A DNA stretch of 64,000 bases from Acidimicrobiaceae bacterium (GCA_009844405.1 VYBO01000003.1:11214-75213), one strand, 5' to 3'; positions 1-9,934 are shown, counted from the first letter of the stretch. Program-made: numbers and translations. The notes: generated by a model from the letters alone, not told the origin.

Positions 1-564
1 GGCGGCCAAAGGGAACTTCACGTCCATGTGAAGCCTCTCGTCCTTGGGCAACAGGAACGTGTAGTCAGGAATCTTGCCTGTGGGAAGCTTGGTTTGCTTC
101 AAGTAGTTGACGTTCTCCTTCATTCCCGCGACACGGAGAACATCCTCAGCCATCCGCTCACCCCACTTGCCGCGGGCGGTGGGGTTGGACAGCACGTCCT
201 TGAGTTGGCCCGTGGTCTTGGTTAGTTCGGAAGTCCCTCTGGCAGCTTCGCTGAGTTGCTCCGCGATGGTGCCGTGCTGCTTCGCTGCGTCAGTCTGCAT
301 CGATGTCAGAGCATCACGCATCGTCTTGACCTCGGCCTTGAACCCTTGAACCTGCTCATCGATGGCCCTGTGTCGCTGCTCCAGTTCTGTCTTGCCTGTT
401 GAGAGGCGCGAATCAAATGCCTCGCGCGCCTCGCCCACCACGCTGGCGATGGCTGCCTCGACGGCGTCCTGTACCGAGTCGTCCCGGCGCCGGACGGCCG
501 CGACCACGGCAAACCCAACCATGATGACGGCGATGACAACGATGATTACGGCGGTGAGATCCAT
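1..564 (-). CDS. rmuC: DNA recombination protein RmuC, N-terminal 188 codons (the gene continues past the left window edge; it is absent from the ORF track because no stop lies in the window)
   Basis: Own translation from ATG 564..562: MDLTAVIIVVIAVIMVGFAVVAAV (TM helix), a coiled-coil stretch, then ARGKWGERMAEDVLRVAGMKENVNYLKQTKLPTGKIPDYTFLLPKDERLHMDVKFPLAA. This fits the GxWGE...PD...D-x-KFPL pattern of RmuC. Confidence 0.7.
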   Translation of the reverse strand, partial: MDLTAVIIVVIAVIMVGFAVVAAVRRRDDSVQDAVEAAIASVVGEAREAFDSRLSTGKTELEQRHRAIDEQVQGFKAEVKTMRDALTSMQTDAAKQHGTIAEQLSEAARGTSELTKTTGQLKDVLSNPTARGKWGERMAEDVLRVAGMKENVNYLKQTKLPTGKIPDYTFLLPKDERLHMDVKFPLAA

Positions 565-656
565 GACTTCCACTGTAGGAAGGGGGTGTGACACGAGGGT
601 GGAGGCTCTCTGATCGTGCTTGACTGCCCGGTCCGGGTTGGTGGCAGAATGGGGTT

Positions 657-1412
657 GTGACTAGGTCGGATCGTGGGTGGCCGGGGATGGAGCCGGTCTT
701 GGCTGATCCCGTGGCGGAGCGGGCTCGGCTGCTGGACGACCTGGCCACCTCGTACCGGCTGTTCGCGGCCTTGCGCTGGGGCGAGCTCGGTGACGGCCAC
801 ATCACCTGCCGCGACACCGAGCAGCCCGACCACATGTGGCTGCTCCGCTACCGGGTCCCCTTCGAGCGGGCCCAGCCCTCAGACATGGTGCTGGTCGCAC
901 CCGACGGCAGCGCCATCGACCAGGACGGTCGCCCCGCGCGCATCAACAACACCGCCTACCACATCCACCACCCCATCCACGAGGCCCGACCCGACGTCAC
1001 CGCGGCCGCCCACGTGCACACCGCCTGGGGCACGCCGTTCGCGGCCGAGCGGCGCATGATCGAGCCGATCACCCAGGAATCCACACTGTTCTTCGAGGAT
1101 CACGCCCTCTTCGACGACGAAGAGGTCCAGATCCTGTCCTGCGACGGCGGGAAGCGCATCGCCGTCGCTCTCGGCGAGTGCCGGGCCGTGATCCTGGCCA
1201 ACCACGGCCTCCTCACCGTCGGCTCCAGCCCCGCCGATGCCATCGGCTGGTTCGTGCTGATGGAACGCGTGGCCGAGGTGCAGATGAAGGCCCGCCACGG
1301 GCTGCCCGTCTCAGCCGAGGCCGCCCGGGCCTCCCGAGACGACATCGCGTTCAGCGACTACGGCTGGGATCTGTTCAACTGGGCCATCCGCCGCCACCTC
1401 AAGGTCCCGTAG
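657..1412 (+). CDS. class II aldolase/adducin-domain protein
   Basis: 251-aa ORF. The His cluster YHIHHPIHEARPDVTAAAHVHT and ILANHGLLTVG are typical of the class II aldolase/adducin fold. Start uncertain (GTG 657 or ATG 687). Confidence 0.75.
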   Translation: MTRSDRGWPGMEPVLADPVAERARLLDDLATSYRLFAALRWGELGDGHITCRDTEQPDHMWLLRYRVPFERAQPSDMVLVAPDGSAIDQDGRPARINNTAYHIHHPIHEARPDVTAAAHVHTAWGTPFAAERRMIEPITQESTLFFEDHALFDDEEVQILSCDGGKRIAVALGECRAVILANHGLLTVGSSPADAIGWFVLMERVAEVQMKARHGLPVSAEAARASRDDIAFSDYGWDLFNWAIRRHLKVP

Positions 1413-1438
1413 GCGAGCCGTCCGAGCCCGCTCCAGCC

Positions 1439-2326
1439 CTAGTCCGGGAAGGCCCCCAGCATCCGGGCTGCGGCCAGGGTGTTCTGCAGGAGGCAGGCAA
1501 TCGTCATGGGACCGGTTCCGCCCGGCATCGGCGTCACCGCGCCCGCCACCGCCTGGACCGTCTCGAAGTCCACGTCGCCGACGATGCCGTCGGCCGTGCG
1601 CGAGATCCCCACGTCGATCACAGCCGCACCGGGCTGCACGAAGTCGGCGGTGACCAGCCTGGCCATGCCGGCCGCAGCGACGATGATGTCGGCCTGCCGG
1701 CACACCTCCTGCAACTCCGGCGTGCGGCTGTGGGCCAGCGTCGGTGTGGCATCCACCCCCTTGCGCCCCAGCAGCAGTATCTGCGGCAGCCCCACCAGGG
1801 TCGACCGGCCGATCACCACCGCGCTCTTACCGGACACCGCCACCCCGTAGCGGTCCAGCAGGCGCATGACCCCCAGCGGGGTGCAGGGCACATGACCCCG
1901 CTGACCCCTGACCAGCCGGCCCATCGACCTCGGCGTGAGGCCGTCCACGTCCTTCTCCGGAGGGATCAACTCCAGGACTGCGTCGGCGTCCAGACCCTCC
2001 GGCAACGGAAGTTGCACCAGAATGCCGTGCACGCCGGGGTCACGTGCCAGATCGCCGACAGCCTGCTCCACCTCGGCTTGGCTGGCGTCGGCGCCCAACT
2101 CGACATGGCGCGAGAGCATGGCCGCCTCGGCCGCCTTGCGCTGCTTGTTGCGCACGTAGATGCGGCTCGGCTTGTCGTCGCCCACCAGCACTGTGGCCAG
2201 ACATACCTCCGGCCCACCCGCCGCAGTGATCTCAGCGTTGAGCTCGGCGACGATCTCGTCACGCAGCCGGTTGCCGTCCATCAGCACGGCGCCGCCCTCG
2301 GTCAGTTCGAACTGTTCGGTCATCAA
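1439..2326 (-). CDS. folD: bifunctional methylenetetrahydrofolate dehydrogenase/methenyl-THF cyclohydrolase
   Basis: 295 aa with the FolD motifs VGDDKPSRIYVRNK, GILVQLPLP, DVDGL, VVIGRSTLVG and PMPGGTGPMT. Confidence 0.95.
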   Translation of the reverse strand: MMTEQFELTEGGAVLMDGNRLRDEIVAELNAEITAAGGPEVCLATVLVGDDKPSRIYVRNKQRKAAEAAMLSRHVELGADASQAEVEQAVGDLARDPGVHGILVQLPLPEGLDADAVLELIPPEKDVDGLTPRSMGRLVRGQRGHVPCTPLGVMRLLDRYGVAVSGKSAVVIGRSTLVGLPQILLLGRKGVDATPTLAHSRTPELQEVCRQADIIVAAAGMARLVTADFVQPGAAVIDVGISRTADGIVGDVDFETVQAVAGAVTPMPGGTGPMTIACLLQNTLAAARMLGAFPD

Positions 2327-2498
2327 TCCCGCCTGTGGTCTTTCGGGCCCCGCGGCAAAACCGTCGGATCTTTCAGCCGACCCCCGAGACAGGTTACGCC
2401 CGCTGACCTACGATTAGCGTTCCGATATGCGGAACCGTTCCAAAACGGTTCCGCCCGCGTACTCCCGCCGCCCTTGAGTTCCCAAAGGTGGTCGCCGC

Positions 2499-3701
2499 AT
2501 GAGGATCCTGTTCGCCGACGGCCTATCCGACAGCGCAGTCGAACGGTTGCGCGCCGGTGGCGACGAGTGCGTCATGAAGCCGTCGCTCACCGCGGATGAC
2601 CTGCCGGCGCACGTAGCCGGTTTCGACGCTCTGGTCGTGCGCAGCACGCGGGTCACCGGGCCGGCGATGGAGGCCGGAACCAACCTGGGACTGGTGGTTC
2701 GGGCCGGGGCCGGCACCAACACGATCGACTGCCAGAGGGCCGCCGAACTAGGCGTATACGTGTGCAACGTTCCCGGCCGCAACGCCGTCGCGGTGGCAGA
2801 GCTCGCCATGGGGCTCGTGTTCGCGACCGACCGCCACATCGCGTCCTCCACGGCCGACGCGCGGGCAGGCGCCTGGAACAAGAAGGCCTACAGCCGCGCG
2901 AGGGGCCTCTACGGCTCCACTCTCGGCATCATCGGCATGGGCGCCATCGGGCTGGAGACGGCCCAGCGGGCCGCTGCCTGCGGGATCAGGGTGGTCACCG
3001 ACGACAAGGCCCGCAGTCGCAGCGTGCGGCGGCGGATGGCCGAAATCGGCGTTGTGACCCTGCCGGACCTCGACGCCGTGCTGGCCGCCGCCGACGTCGT
3101 GTCGTTGCACGTGCCCGGCGGCCCCGGCACCACCGGCATGGTCGATGCGGGATTCCTGGCCAAGATGAAGCATGACGCCGTGCTGATCAACACCTCGCGG
3201 GGCGAGGTCATCGACGAGGCCGCCCTGCTCGACGCGCTCGACTCCACCGACATGAGCGCGGGCATCGATGTGTTCGCCGAGGAACCGCCCTCCGGAACCG
3301 GCTCGGTCGACTCCGCCCTCGCCCGCCACCCCAAGGTGACGGTCACCCATCACATCGGAGCTTCCACCAACCAGGCCCAGGAGGCCGTGGCCGAGGGCAC
3401 GGTCGAGGTGCTCGAGGAGTACCGCACCGGCTCGATCATCAACTGCGTGAACCTCGAACAGGCCCCCCACCGGACGGCCACCCTGAGCGTGCGCCACTAC
3501 GACCGGGTCGGCGTGCTGGCGTCGGTGCTTCAGGAACTTCGCAGCTGCAGCCTCAACGTGGCCAATATGAGCAACCGCATCTTCGCCGGCTCGCAAGCGG
3601 CGGTGGCCACCATCGAAGTGTTCGGGGCCGTCGACGAGCAGCTGCTGGACGCAGTGCGTGCCCTTCCCGACGTGATCCAAGTCTCGGCGTTCGACCCATG
3701 A
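2499..3701 (+). CDS. D-3-phosphoglycerate dehydrogenase-like 2-hydroxyacid dehydrogenase with C-terminal ACT-like domain
   Basis: 400 aa. NAD site GIIGMGAIGLETA, INTSRGEVID and THHIGAST catalytic segments, and a C-terminal LSVRHYDRVGVLASVLQEL ACT-like stretch. Confidence 0.8.
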   Translation: MRILFADGLSDSAVERLRAGGDECVMKPSLTADDLPAHVAGFDALVVRSTRVTGPAMEAGTNLGLVVRAGAGTNTIDCQRAAELGVYVCNVPGRNAVAVAELAMGLVFATDRHIASSTADARAGAWNKKAYSRARGLYGSTLGIIGMGAIGLETAQRAAACGIRVVTDDKARSRSVRRRMAEIGVVTLPDLDAVLAAADVVSLHVPGGPGTTGMVDAGFLAKMKHDAVLINTSRGEVIDEAALLDALDSTDMSAGIDVFAEEPPSGTGSVDSALARHPKVTVTHHIGASTNQAQEAVAEGTVEVLEEYRTGSIINCVNLEQAPHRTATLSVRHYDRVGVLASVLQELRSCSLNVANMSNRIFAGSQAAVATIEVFGAVDEQLLDAVRALPDVIQVSAFDP

Positions 3702-4975
3702 GCAAGCCCGAATCGGTGCTGGAGCCCTTTGCAGGCTGGCTGGTGAAGCCCGAATGGGCCGACCGGGTCATCAGCCGCGCCTACGACAACCTCACGCCGG
3801 GCCAGCGCCGCTCGATCGCCAGGGAGAACCCGTACAGCTACGTGAACGTGACCCGCAGCAGCGAGGACCTGCTCGACGACGAGAACCTGTCCCTGGACCA
3901 TCTTGTGACCCAGGGCGCGGCCGCCCTGACCCGCCTGCTCGCCGCCGAGGTGTTCGCCCCGACCGGGCGCCGGGCCCTGTACCTGTACCGGCTGACCCAT
4001 GCCCGGGGCTCCCAGACCGGCCTGATATGCGCGGTGGCGGTCGGCGGCTTCGAGGAGGGCCGCATCCGGATACACGAGGGCGTGCGCCAAGACCGCACCG
4101 AACTGCTCACCGCCCACCTGCTGGGAGTCGGCGCCACATCGCACCCGGTGGCGCTGGCGGTCAGAGCCTGGGCCGACTCGGAGTACGCGACCCTGCTCGA
4201 CGAGACCGCCGGGACGGTGCCCGCCGACCTGGAGTTCGGCTCGGATGTGGTTCGCCACCAGATCTGGACGGTGCCTGCCGAGCTGACCGACAAATTGCTG
4301 GAGGCTCTGGCCGGCAAGGTGCTGTACGTGACCGACGGGCACCACCGTTCGGCTGCGGCGCAGCGGGCCCTGGCCAGCGACCCGTCCAGCCCGGCACTCA
4401 GACACACGCTGGCCGCGGTGTTTCCCCACAGCCAGCTCCATGTCGAGGCCTATCACCGCGTCGCCGCCGACCAGCACCACGACAGCCACCGCGACTGCCT
4501 GTGGGCGATGAGATCCAGGGTCAGCTATATGGGAGGAGAACTTGAGCGGGTGCCGACCGCCGACGACGCCCGGCCCAGGCATCGTGGCGAGGTCGGCGTG
4601 TACGCGGCGGGAAGCTGGCACCGGCTGACGCTGCCCCACCTGGACTCCGAAGCGGGCGCGCTCGACTCCCTCGACGTCGACCGGCTGCGCCGGCTTGTGC
4701 TGGACCCGGTCCTCGGCGCCGACGAACTGGCCGCCGCCGGCACCGTCGACTATGTGCCCGACACAGCCGGTCTCGACGAACTGATCCGCCGCTGCGACGA
4801 CTCCGAGCGGCTCGGCTTCGTGATGTACCCGCTGTCGGTGGACGAGCTGCTGGCCGTGGCCGACGAGGGCAGCAGGATGCCCCCGAAGTCGAGCTTCTTC
4901 TATCCCAAGCCCCGAGCCGGAGCGTTCCTGCGGGTGCTGGGGCGGGGAGCCACCGCCCACCTGGACCCTTCCTGA
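3698..4975 (+). CDS. DUF1015 family protein
   Basis: 425 aa. The ATG overlaps the upstream stop (ATGA at 3698..3701). LYLYRL, RIHEGVRQDR and YVTDGHHRSAAA segments as I recall them for DUF1015. Confidence 0.75.
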   Translation: MSKPESVLEPFAGWLVKPEWADRVISRAYDNLTPGQRRSIARENPYSYVNVTRSSEDLLDDENLSLDHLVTQGAAALTRLLAAEVFAPTGRRALYLYRLTHARGSQTGLICAVAVGGFEEGRIRIHEGVRQDRTELLTAHLLGVGATSHPVALAVRAWADSEYATLLDETAGTVPADLEFGSDVVRHQIWTVPAELTDKLLEALAGKVLYVTDGHHRSAAAQRALASDPSSPALRHTLAAVFPHSQLHVEAYHRVAADQHHDSHRDCLWAMRSRVSYMGGELERVPTADDARPRHRGEVGVYAAGSWHRLTLPHLDSEAGALDSLDVDRLRRLVLDPVLGADELAAAGTVDYVPDTAGLDELIRRCDDSERLGFVMYPLSVDELLAVADEGSRMPPKSSFFYPKPRAGAFLRVLGRGATAHLDPS

Positions 4976-5112
4976 ACGCGCGCTGAGCGGACAGCCGTCC
5001 TCTCCGGGCTCCAGTGCAGCGTTTGGCGATGCCGTCGGGCCAATGGGCCACCAGCGGAAATGGACCTCCTTGGCATCGGCGGGCAGCTCGTGGGCGAGCT
5101 GCGGTCGAGGGC

Positions 5113-6405
5113 TCAGGCGTCGGCGGCGTCCAGCGCTCCCACCAGGGCGGCGGCGCCCTCGTCGATCTCGGCCGCCGTGACGTTGAGCATGGGGGTGACC
5201 CGGATCACGTTGCCGTAGAGGCCTCCCTTGCCGACCAGCAGGCCCCGGTCCCGGCAGGCCTCGAGCACTGCTGTGGCCCGGGCGGCGTCGGGCTCGATGG
5301 AGCCGGGGTGCACGAACTCCAGGGCATGCATCAGCCCGCGGCCCCGCAGCTCGGCCACGAAGTCGGCCCGCTCCACCGCCGGGGTCAGCGCATCCACCAG
5401 CCGCCGACCCATGGCCAGCGCATTGGCCTGGAGGTCGTCCTCCAGCACCCGCCGCAGCGTGGCCCGCCCCGCGGCGGCCGACAGCGGGTTGCCGCCGAAG
5501 GTGGAGAACTGGAGCGTGCCTATGGAGTCGAAGATCTCGGCCCGTCCCACCACGCCGGCCAGGGTGATGCCGTTGCCGACCCCCTTGGCGAAGGTGAGCA
5601 TGTCGGGCACTATCCCGTGGGCCTCGTAGCCCCAGAAGTGCTCGCCGGTGCGGCCCCAGCCGGTCTGCACCTCGTCGGAGATGAACAGGATGCCGTGGGA
5701 CGACAGCACCTTTCCCATGGCCCCGAAGAAGCCGGCGGGGGGAACCGCGAATCCGCCCACGCCCTGGATGGGCTCGGCGATCATGGCGGCCACGTCCCCC
5801 GAGGTGGTCATGTCGATGAGCTGCACGAGGTCGTCGACGCACGCTGTGGTGTATGCGTCGTCGTCGAGGTGGCGGAACGGGCTTCGCAGCCGGTAGCCGC
5901 CCTGGACAAAGGTGACGTTGAGCCCGGTGAGGCTGGTCGACGACCAGCTGCGGTGGGCGGTGATGGCCTGAGCCGAGAAGGTGCGCCCGTGGTAGCTGTT
6001 GCGCATGGCCAGGATCTGGTTGGAGCCGCGGTGCACGGTGGCCATGAGCAGAGCGGCGTCGTTGGCCTCGCTGCCCGAGGGGGTGAAGAAGACCCGGGCG
6101 TCGTCGATGCCCGAAACCCGGGCCACGTCCTCGGCGAAGGAGATCATCGGCTCGCTCAGGTACAGCGTGGAGGTGTGCATCACCCTGGCCGCCTGCTCCT
6201 GCACGGCGGCCACCACGGTGGGCTCGGCGTGGCCGATCATGGTGGTGAGCACCCCGCCGAAGAAGTCGAGGTAGCGACGGCCCTCGACATCCCAGACGTA
6301 GCTGCCATCGCCCCTGTCGATCGACACCGGCTCGTCGTGGAGCAGGTGCAGGAAGCTGGGCAGCGCCGAGCCGTAGCGCTCGGCCAGTTCGGCGTTGTTG
6401 GTCAT
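5113..6405 (-). CDS. class III (omega) pyridoxal-phosphate aminotransferase
   Basis: 430 aa with DEVQTGWGRTG and TFAKGVGNG (PLP lysine) motifs. Confidence 0.9.
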   Translation of the reverse strand: MTNNAELAERYGSALPSFLHLLHDEPVSIDRGDGSYVWDVEGRRYLDFFGGVLTTMIGHAEPTVVAAVQEQAARVMHTSTLYLSEPMISFAEDVARVSGIDDARVFFTPSGSEANDAALLMATVHRGSNQILAMRNSYHGRTFSAQAITAHRSWSSTSLTGLNVTFVQGGYRLRSPFRHLDDDAYTTACVDDLVQLIDMTTSGDVAAMIAEPIQGVGGFAVPPAGFFGAMGKVLSSHGILFISDEVQTGWGRTGEHFWGYEAHGIVPDMLTFAKGVGNGITLAGVVGRAEIFDSIGTLQFSTFGGNPLSAAAGRATLRRVLEDDLQANALAMGRRLVDALTPAVERADFVAELRGRGLMHALEFVHPGSIEPDAARATAVLEACRDRGLLVGKGGLYGNVIRVTPMLNVTAAEIDEGAAALVGALDAADA

Positions 6406-6489
6406 AGCGCAGTTTATGTCCGAGCCGAACCGCCGTGCCCTGCGGTCGCGGGCTGGTATCGGGGGTCTGGTGCGGGTGCCGACGCCCGG

Positions 6490-7890
6490 TCAGTCGTTGC
6501 GGATCTTGCGGGCTAGGGCTACTGCGGTTCTGGCTTCGCGGTTGGTGCGGTACTCGTAGATGTCGGCACCGGCCAGCATCCAGCGGCTGCCCCGCACCCC
6601 CAGCCAGCGCAGCGGCTCGGGCTCCCAGCGGCGGTGGCGCACGCCGACCCACGGCAGGTCGATCCGTTCGGAGTCGGCTCCGGTGATCAGGTCGGCCAGG
6701 GTGCGCCCGGCCAGGTTCGACGGCGCAACCCCCTCCCCCACGTACCCGCCCGCGCCGGCGGTGCCCGCGGCCCGGTCGAAGTGCACGAACGGGGTCCAGT
6801 TGCGGGGCACGGCGAGCACGCCGCCCCAGCGGTGCGTGATCCGGGCGCCCGACAGCGCGGGGAACAGGTCCACCAGGGTGCGGTGGATCCGCTCGTGGGA
6901 GCGATGGTGGCGCTCGATCGACGGGCTGATCCGAGATCCGTACAGGTAGGGCACCCCCCGGCCCCCGAAGGCGATCCGGTCATCGGCGGTGCGCTGGCCG
7001 TAGATCACCATGTAGCGGTCGTCGGCGAAGGTGGGCCGGTCGGCCAGGCCGATCTCGTCGAACACCGACTGGGGAAGCGGCTCGGTGCCGATCATCAGCG
7101 AGTAGACGGGCAGCAGTTGGCGCCGACGGCCCCGCAGGTCCCGGGTGTAGGCCTCGGTGGCCCTCACCACCACCTCGGCCCGCACCGTTCCCCGGTCGGT
7201 CAGCACCCGGCCGGGCTCGATGGCGAGGGCAGCCGTCTGCTCGACGATGGTCGCACCCCGCCGCTCCACCGCCTCGGCCAGTCCCCGCACCAGCCGGGCC
7301 GGGTCCACCGCCGCACACGGGGCATAGAAGATGCCGCTGAGCACGCCGGTGGCGTTGGCGTGAGCCCGTGCTTCATCCGCGGTCAGCAGCCGGATCTCGT
7401 CGGCGGTGAGACCGAGTTCGTGGTGATGGGCTGTCTCGGCGGCCTGGCGCTCCGCCTGGGGGCGGTTGCGAGCGAAGCGAATCACCCCGCCCTTGTGATA
7501 GCCGCAGTCGATGCTCTCGGCCGCAGCCACCCGACCGATCTCGTCGACGCTGTCGAGGACGGCCCGGGCGAGGCGCAGCGACGCAGGCAGGTCTGCGAGG
7601 GCCGCGTACTTCCCGATGCCCGCGGCCAGTTCGCCCACCACCCAGCCGCCGTTGCGCCCGGAGGCACCGAAGCCGCATATGTCGCGTTCGATCACCGTCA
7701 CCCGGAGCGTCGGGTCGAGGCCGAGCAGGTAGTAGGCGGTCCACATGCCGGTGAACCCGCCGCCCACGATGGCCACATCGGCGTCGGTTTCGCCGTCCAG
7801 CGCCGGGCGGGGGGCGAGAGAGCCGGGGAAGGTGTCGAGCCACATCGACCGCTCGCGGTATCGCGCTTCCGGGCTCGGGCCGGGGGGCAT
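6490..7890 (-). CDS. FAD-dependent oxidoreductase (DAO family, PuuB/OrdL-like)
   Basis: Dinucleotide fold DVAIVGGGFTGMWTAYYL near the N-terminus. Start taken at ATG 7890; the track's 5' extension to 8031 runs through the hairpin repeats and is not credible. Confidence 0.85.
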   Translation of the reverse strand: MPPGPSPEARYRERSMWLDTFPGSLAPRPALDGETDADVAIVGGGFTGMWTAYYLLGLDPTLRVTVIERDICGFGASGRNGGWVVGELAAGIGKYAALADLPASLRLARAVLDSVDEIGRVAAAESIDCGYHKGGVIRFARNRPQAERQAAETAHHHELGLTADEIRLLTADEARAHANATGVLSGIFYAPCAAVDPARLVRGLAEAVERRGATIVEQTAALAIEPGRVLTDRGTVRAEVVVRATEAYTRDLRGRRRQLLPVYSLMIGTEPLPQSVFDEIGLADRPTFADDRYMVIYGQRTADDRIAFGGRGVPYLYGSRISPSIERHHRSHERIHRTLVDLFPALSGARITHRWGGVLAVPRNWTPFVHFDRAAGTAGAGGYVGEGVAPSNLAGRTLADLITGADSERIDLPWVGVRHRRWEPEPLRWLGVRGSRWMLAGADIYEYRTNREARTAVALARKIRND

Positions 7891-7927
7891 CTCGCCAATG
7901 TACGCCCGCCACGTCCGACCACACCGC

Positions 7928-7974
7928 GAATTGGCAGCACAATGCACGCCATCCGTGCACAACGCTGCCAATTC
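7928..7974. repeat. hairpin repeat, copy 1: GAATTGGCAGC-ACAA-TGCACG-CCATC-CGTGCA-CAAC-GCTGCCAATTC
   Basis: Perfect 11-bp outer inverted repeat plus a 6-bp inner inverted repeat, read directly. Identical to copy 2, which lies 71 bp downstream. Confidence 0.9.
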
Positions 7975-7998
7975 CCCAGCAACGCCGGACCGCACCGC

Positions 7999-8045
7999 GA
8001 ATTGGCAGCACAATGCACGCCATCCGTGCACAACGCTGCCAATTC
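7999..8045. repeat. hairpin repeat, copy 2 (tandem with copy 1, 71-bp period)
   Basis: Same 47-nt sequence as 7928..7974. The flanks ACCGC/CACCGC are also shared. Confidence 0.9.
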
Positions 8046-8057
8046 CTTACCGGAGGG

Positions 8058-8426
8058 TCAGCGGATCTGGACTATCCGGCCCGACTGGCCCCAGGACTTG
8101 TCGGCAGTGAACACCTTGGCGTCGAGGCGCTCGGCCAGGGCCAGGCAGAGCCGGTCGGCGAGCGAGAGACCCTCGCCTTGACGCCAGCGACGAGCCGCCC
8201 ACTCGGCGTCCTTGCGGACCACCGGCTCCACCCGCATGGCGTACCTCGCCAGCAGGGCTTGGGCCAGGTGCCAGTCGCGGCCGGTGCTCATGACCCGCCG
8301 AGCCACTTCCGACCAGTTTGCTGCGCCGCACCTGGGATCGTCGGCCAGCGCTCCCTCGACGATTTCAGCACCGTCCTCGCCCAGCAGGAACGCGAGGACC
8401 GCTGACGCGTCGAGCACCGAAGTCAC
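8058..8426 (-). CDS. vapC: type II toxin, PIN-domain ribonuclease VapC
   Basis: 122 aa. N-terminal LDASAVLAFL and C-terminal LSLADRLCLALAERLDAKVFTADK give the PIN acidic-residue pattern. The GTG start overlaps the antitoxin stop (GTGA). Confidence 0.85.
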   Translation of the reverse strand: MTSVLDASAVLAFLLGEDGAEIVEGALADDPRCGAANWSEVARRVMSTGRDWHLAQALLARYAMRVEPVVRKDAEWAARRWRQGEGLSLADRLCLALAERLDAKVFTADKSWGQSGRIVQIR

Positions 8427-8683
8427 CCGGCATCCCCGCTCGCTGCGTCCTCGATCGCGGCCGCTCTGCGCCGGTCGGCCAGGAGTTCGTTCACCAGGTC
8501 CAACCCCGCCAAGTCCTTGCGGACCCGATCCCGAAGCTGCTCACGAGTCAGCAGGACCAGGCCGTCCGGCGACTCCAGAAGCACCATCGGCGACCCGGCA
8601 ACCAGCCCGGCGCGCTCCCGGACGGCGGCCGGCACCACGATCCTGCCGCGGTCTCCCATTGCAACCATGTGGGTCCCACTCAT
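8423..8683 (-). CDS. vapB: AbrB/SpoVT-type antitoxin (VapB-like)
   Basis: MSGTHMVAMGDRGRIVVPAAVRERAGLVAGSPMVLL is a SpoVT/AbrB swapped-hairpin motif. 4-nt overlap with vapC. Start taken at ATG 8683 (the track extends to 8728). Confidence 0.75.
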   Translation of the reverse strand: MSGTHMVAMGDRGRIVVPAAVRERAGLVAGSPMVLLESPDGLVLLTREQLRDRVRKDLAGLDLVNELLADRRRAAAIEDAASGDAG

Positions 8684-8798
8684 GTATCTATAGTACCACT
8701 CACCCCATAGATCTGGGAAGAGTCGCATCTCTCTGATTGCCGCTTGACACGACCGGTCAGGAACTTCGGCAGCATGGTGCCAGCGCTAGCCTGCGGGT

Positions 8799-9914
8799 AT
8801 GCGACGGCCGCAGATCAGGCACCTCGAGTTGGCCGGGTCGCCCGAGGCCATGGGCGACGCCCACGGACGGGCCCACGCAGAGGAGATCCGGCGATACGCC
8901 CACGAACGGGTGGAACTGGTCGCCGAGGGGCTCTGGAGCGGTGGACCGCTGGAGCGGGGCGCGGTGCTGGAGCTGGCCGAGGCGTGCTTGCCCGCCCATG
9001 GGGCGTTCTCGCCCCGGCTGCACGCCGAGATGCTGGCCATGGCCGGCGCGGCCGGCATCACCCCGGCCGAAGCGGTGGTGGTGGGCGGCTTCACCGACTT
9101 CGTGGACACGGTTCGAGCGGTCACAGCCGGACCTCATCCGGTGTCGGTGACCGAGGACGACTGCACCGCCTTCTTGGTGCCCGACGCCCGGGCCGACGGC
9201 GCCGGGATGATCGGGCAGACCTGGGACATGCATGACACCGCCACCGACCATGTGGTGCTGGCCCGCCTGCGCCCCGACACCGGGCCCGACGTGCTGGTGT
9301 TCACCACCGTCGGGTGCCTGGGCCAGATCGGCATGAACTCTGCCGGAGTCTGCGTGGGCATCAACAACCTCACCGGCAACGACGGCCGCTTCGGGGTGAT
9401 GTGGCCCACCGTCATCCGCGAGATGCTCGCTCAGGAGACTGCGCCCGAAGCGCTCGACGTGCTGCGGCGAGCCGATCTCGCCGGCGCCCACAACTACCTG
9501 ATCCTCGACGCCGACGGCCGGGGGTTCAACGTCGAAGCCATGCCGTCGGCTCGGCCAGTTCAGACCCTGGCCGCCGAACCGACTGTCCACACCAACCATG
9601 TGACCCAACCCGCGGCCTTTCCCTTCGAGGGCGAGCGTTTCAGCGAGCTGATGGCCAACTCGCGCCGCCGCCTGGAGATGGCCAAGGCCATGCTCGCGGG
9701 CGACAGCCGTCCCGTCGATCCCGAGCGACTCATGGAGGTCACCAGGGAGCCGACCGCCATCTGCCGCCGGCCCGACGCCAAGTACCGCGTGGAGTCCAGC
9801 GGCGCGGTGATCATGCGTCCCCGCACCGGCGACTTCTGGGCCTGCTGGGGCCAGCCCGCCGAGAACGACTACGAGCACTTCTCGCTGACACCCGCCGAGA
9901 TCGGCCATGTCTGA
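8799..9914 (+). CDS. C45-family peptidase / acyl-CoA:6-APA acyltransferase-like Ntn hydrolase
   Basis: 371 aa. TEDDCTAF (candidate nucleophile Cys), GQTWDM, FTTVGCLGQIGMNSAGVCVGINNL and GAHNYLILD resemble the C45 family. Confidence 0.65.
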   Translation: MRRPQIRHLELAGSPEAMGDAHGRAHAEEIRRYAHERVELVAEGLWSGGPLERGAVLELAEACLPAHGAFSPRLHAEMLAMAGAAGITPAEAVVVGGFTDFVDTVRAVTAGPHPVSVTEDDCTAFLVPDARADGAGMIGQTWDMHDTATDHVVLARLRPDTGPDVLVFTTVGCLGQIGMNSAGVCVGINNLTGNDGRFGVMWPTVIREMLAQETAPEALDVLRRADLAGAHNYLILDADGRGFNVEAMPSARPVQTLAAEPTVHTNHVTQPAAFPFEGERFSELMANSRRRLEMAKAMLAGDSRPVDPERLMEVTREPTAICRRPDAKYRVESSGAVIMRPRTGDFWACWGQPAENDYEHFSLTPAEIGHV

Positions 9915-9934
9915 CGCCACACCCGGCCCTCCCC

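Noticed and set aside
3530-6652. 1040-aa minus-strand ORF, the longest non-island ORF in the track
   Set aside because: It is Arg/Pro/Gly/Ala-dominated with no motifs. It overlaps the well-supported DUF1015 gene (antisense) and the aminotransferase gene (same strand, alternative frame). This is a typical shadow ORF of a high-GC genome.
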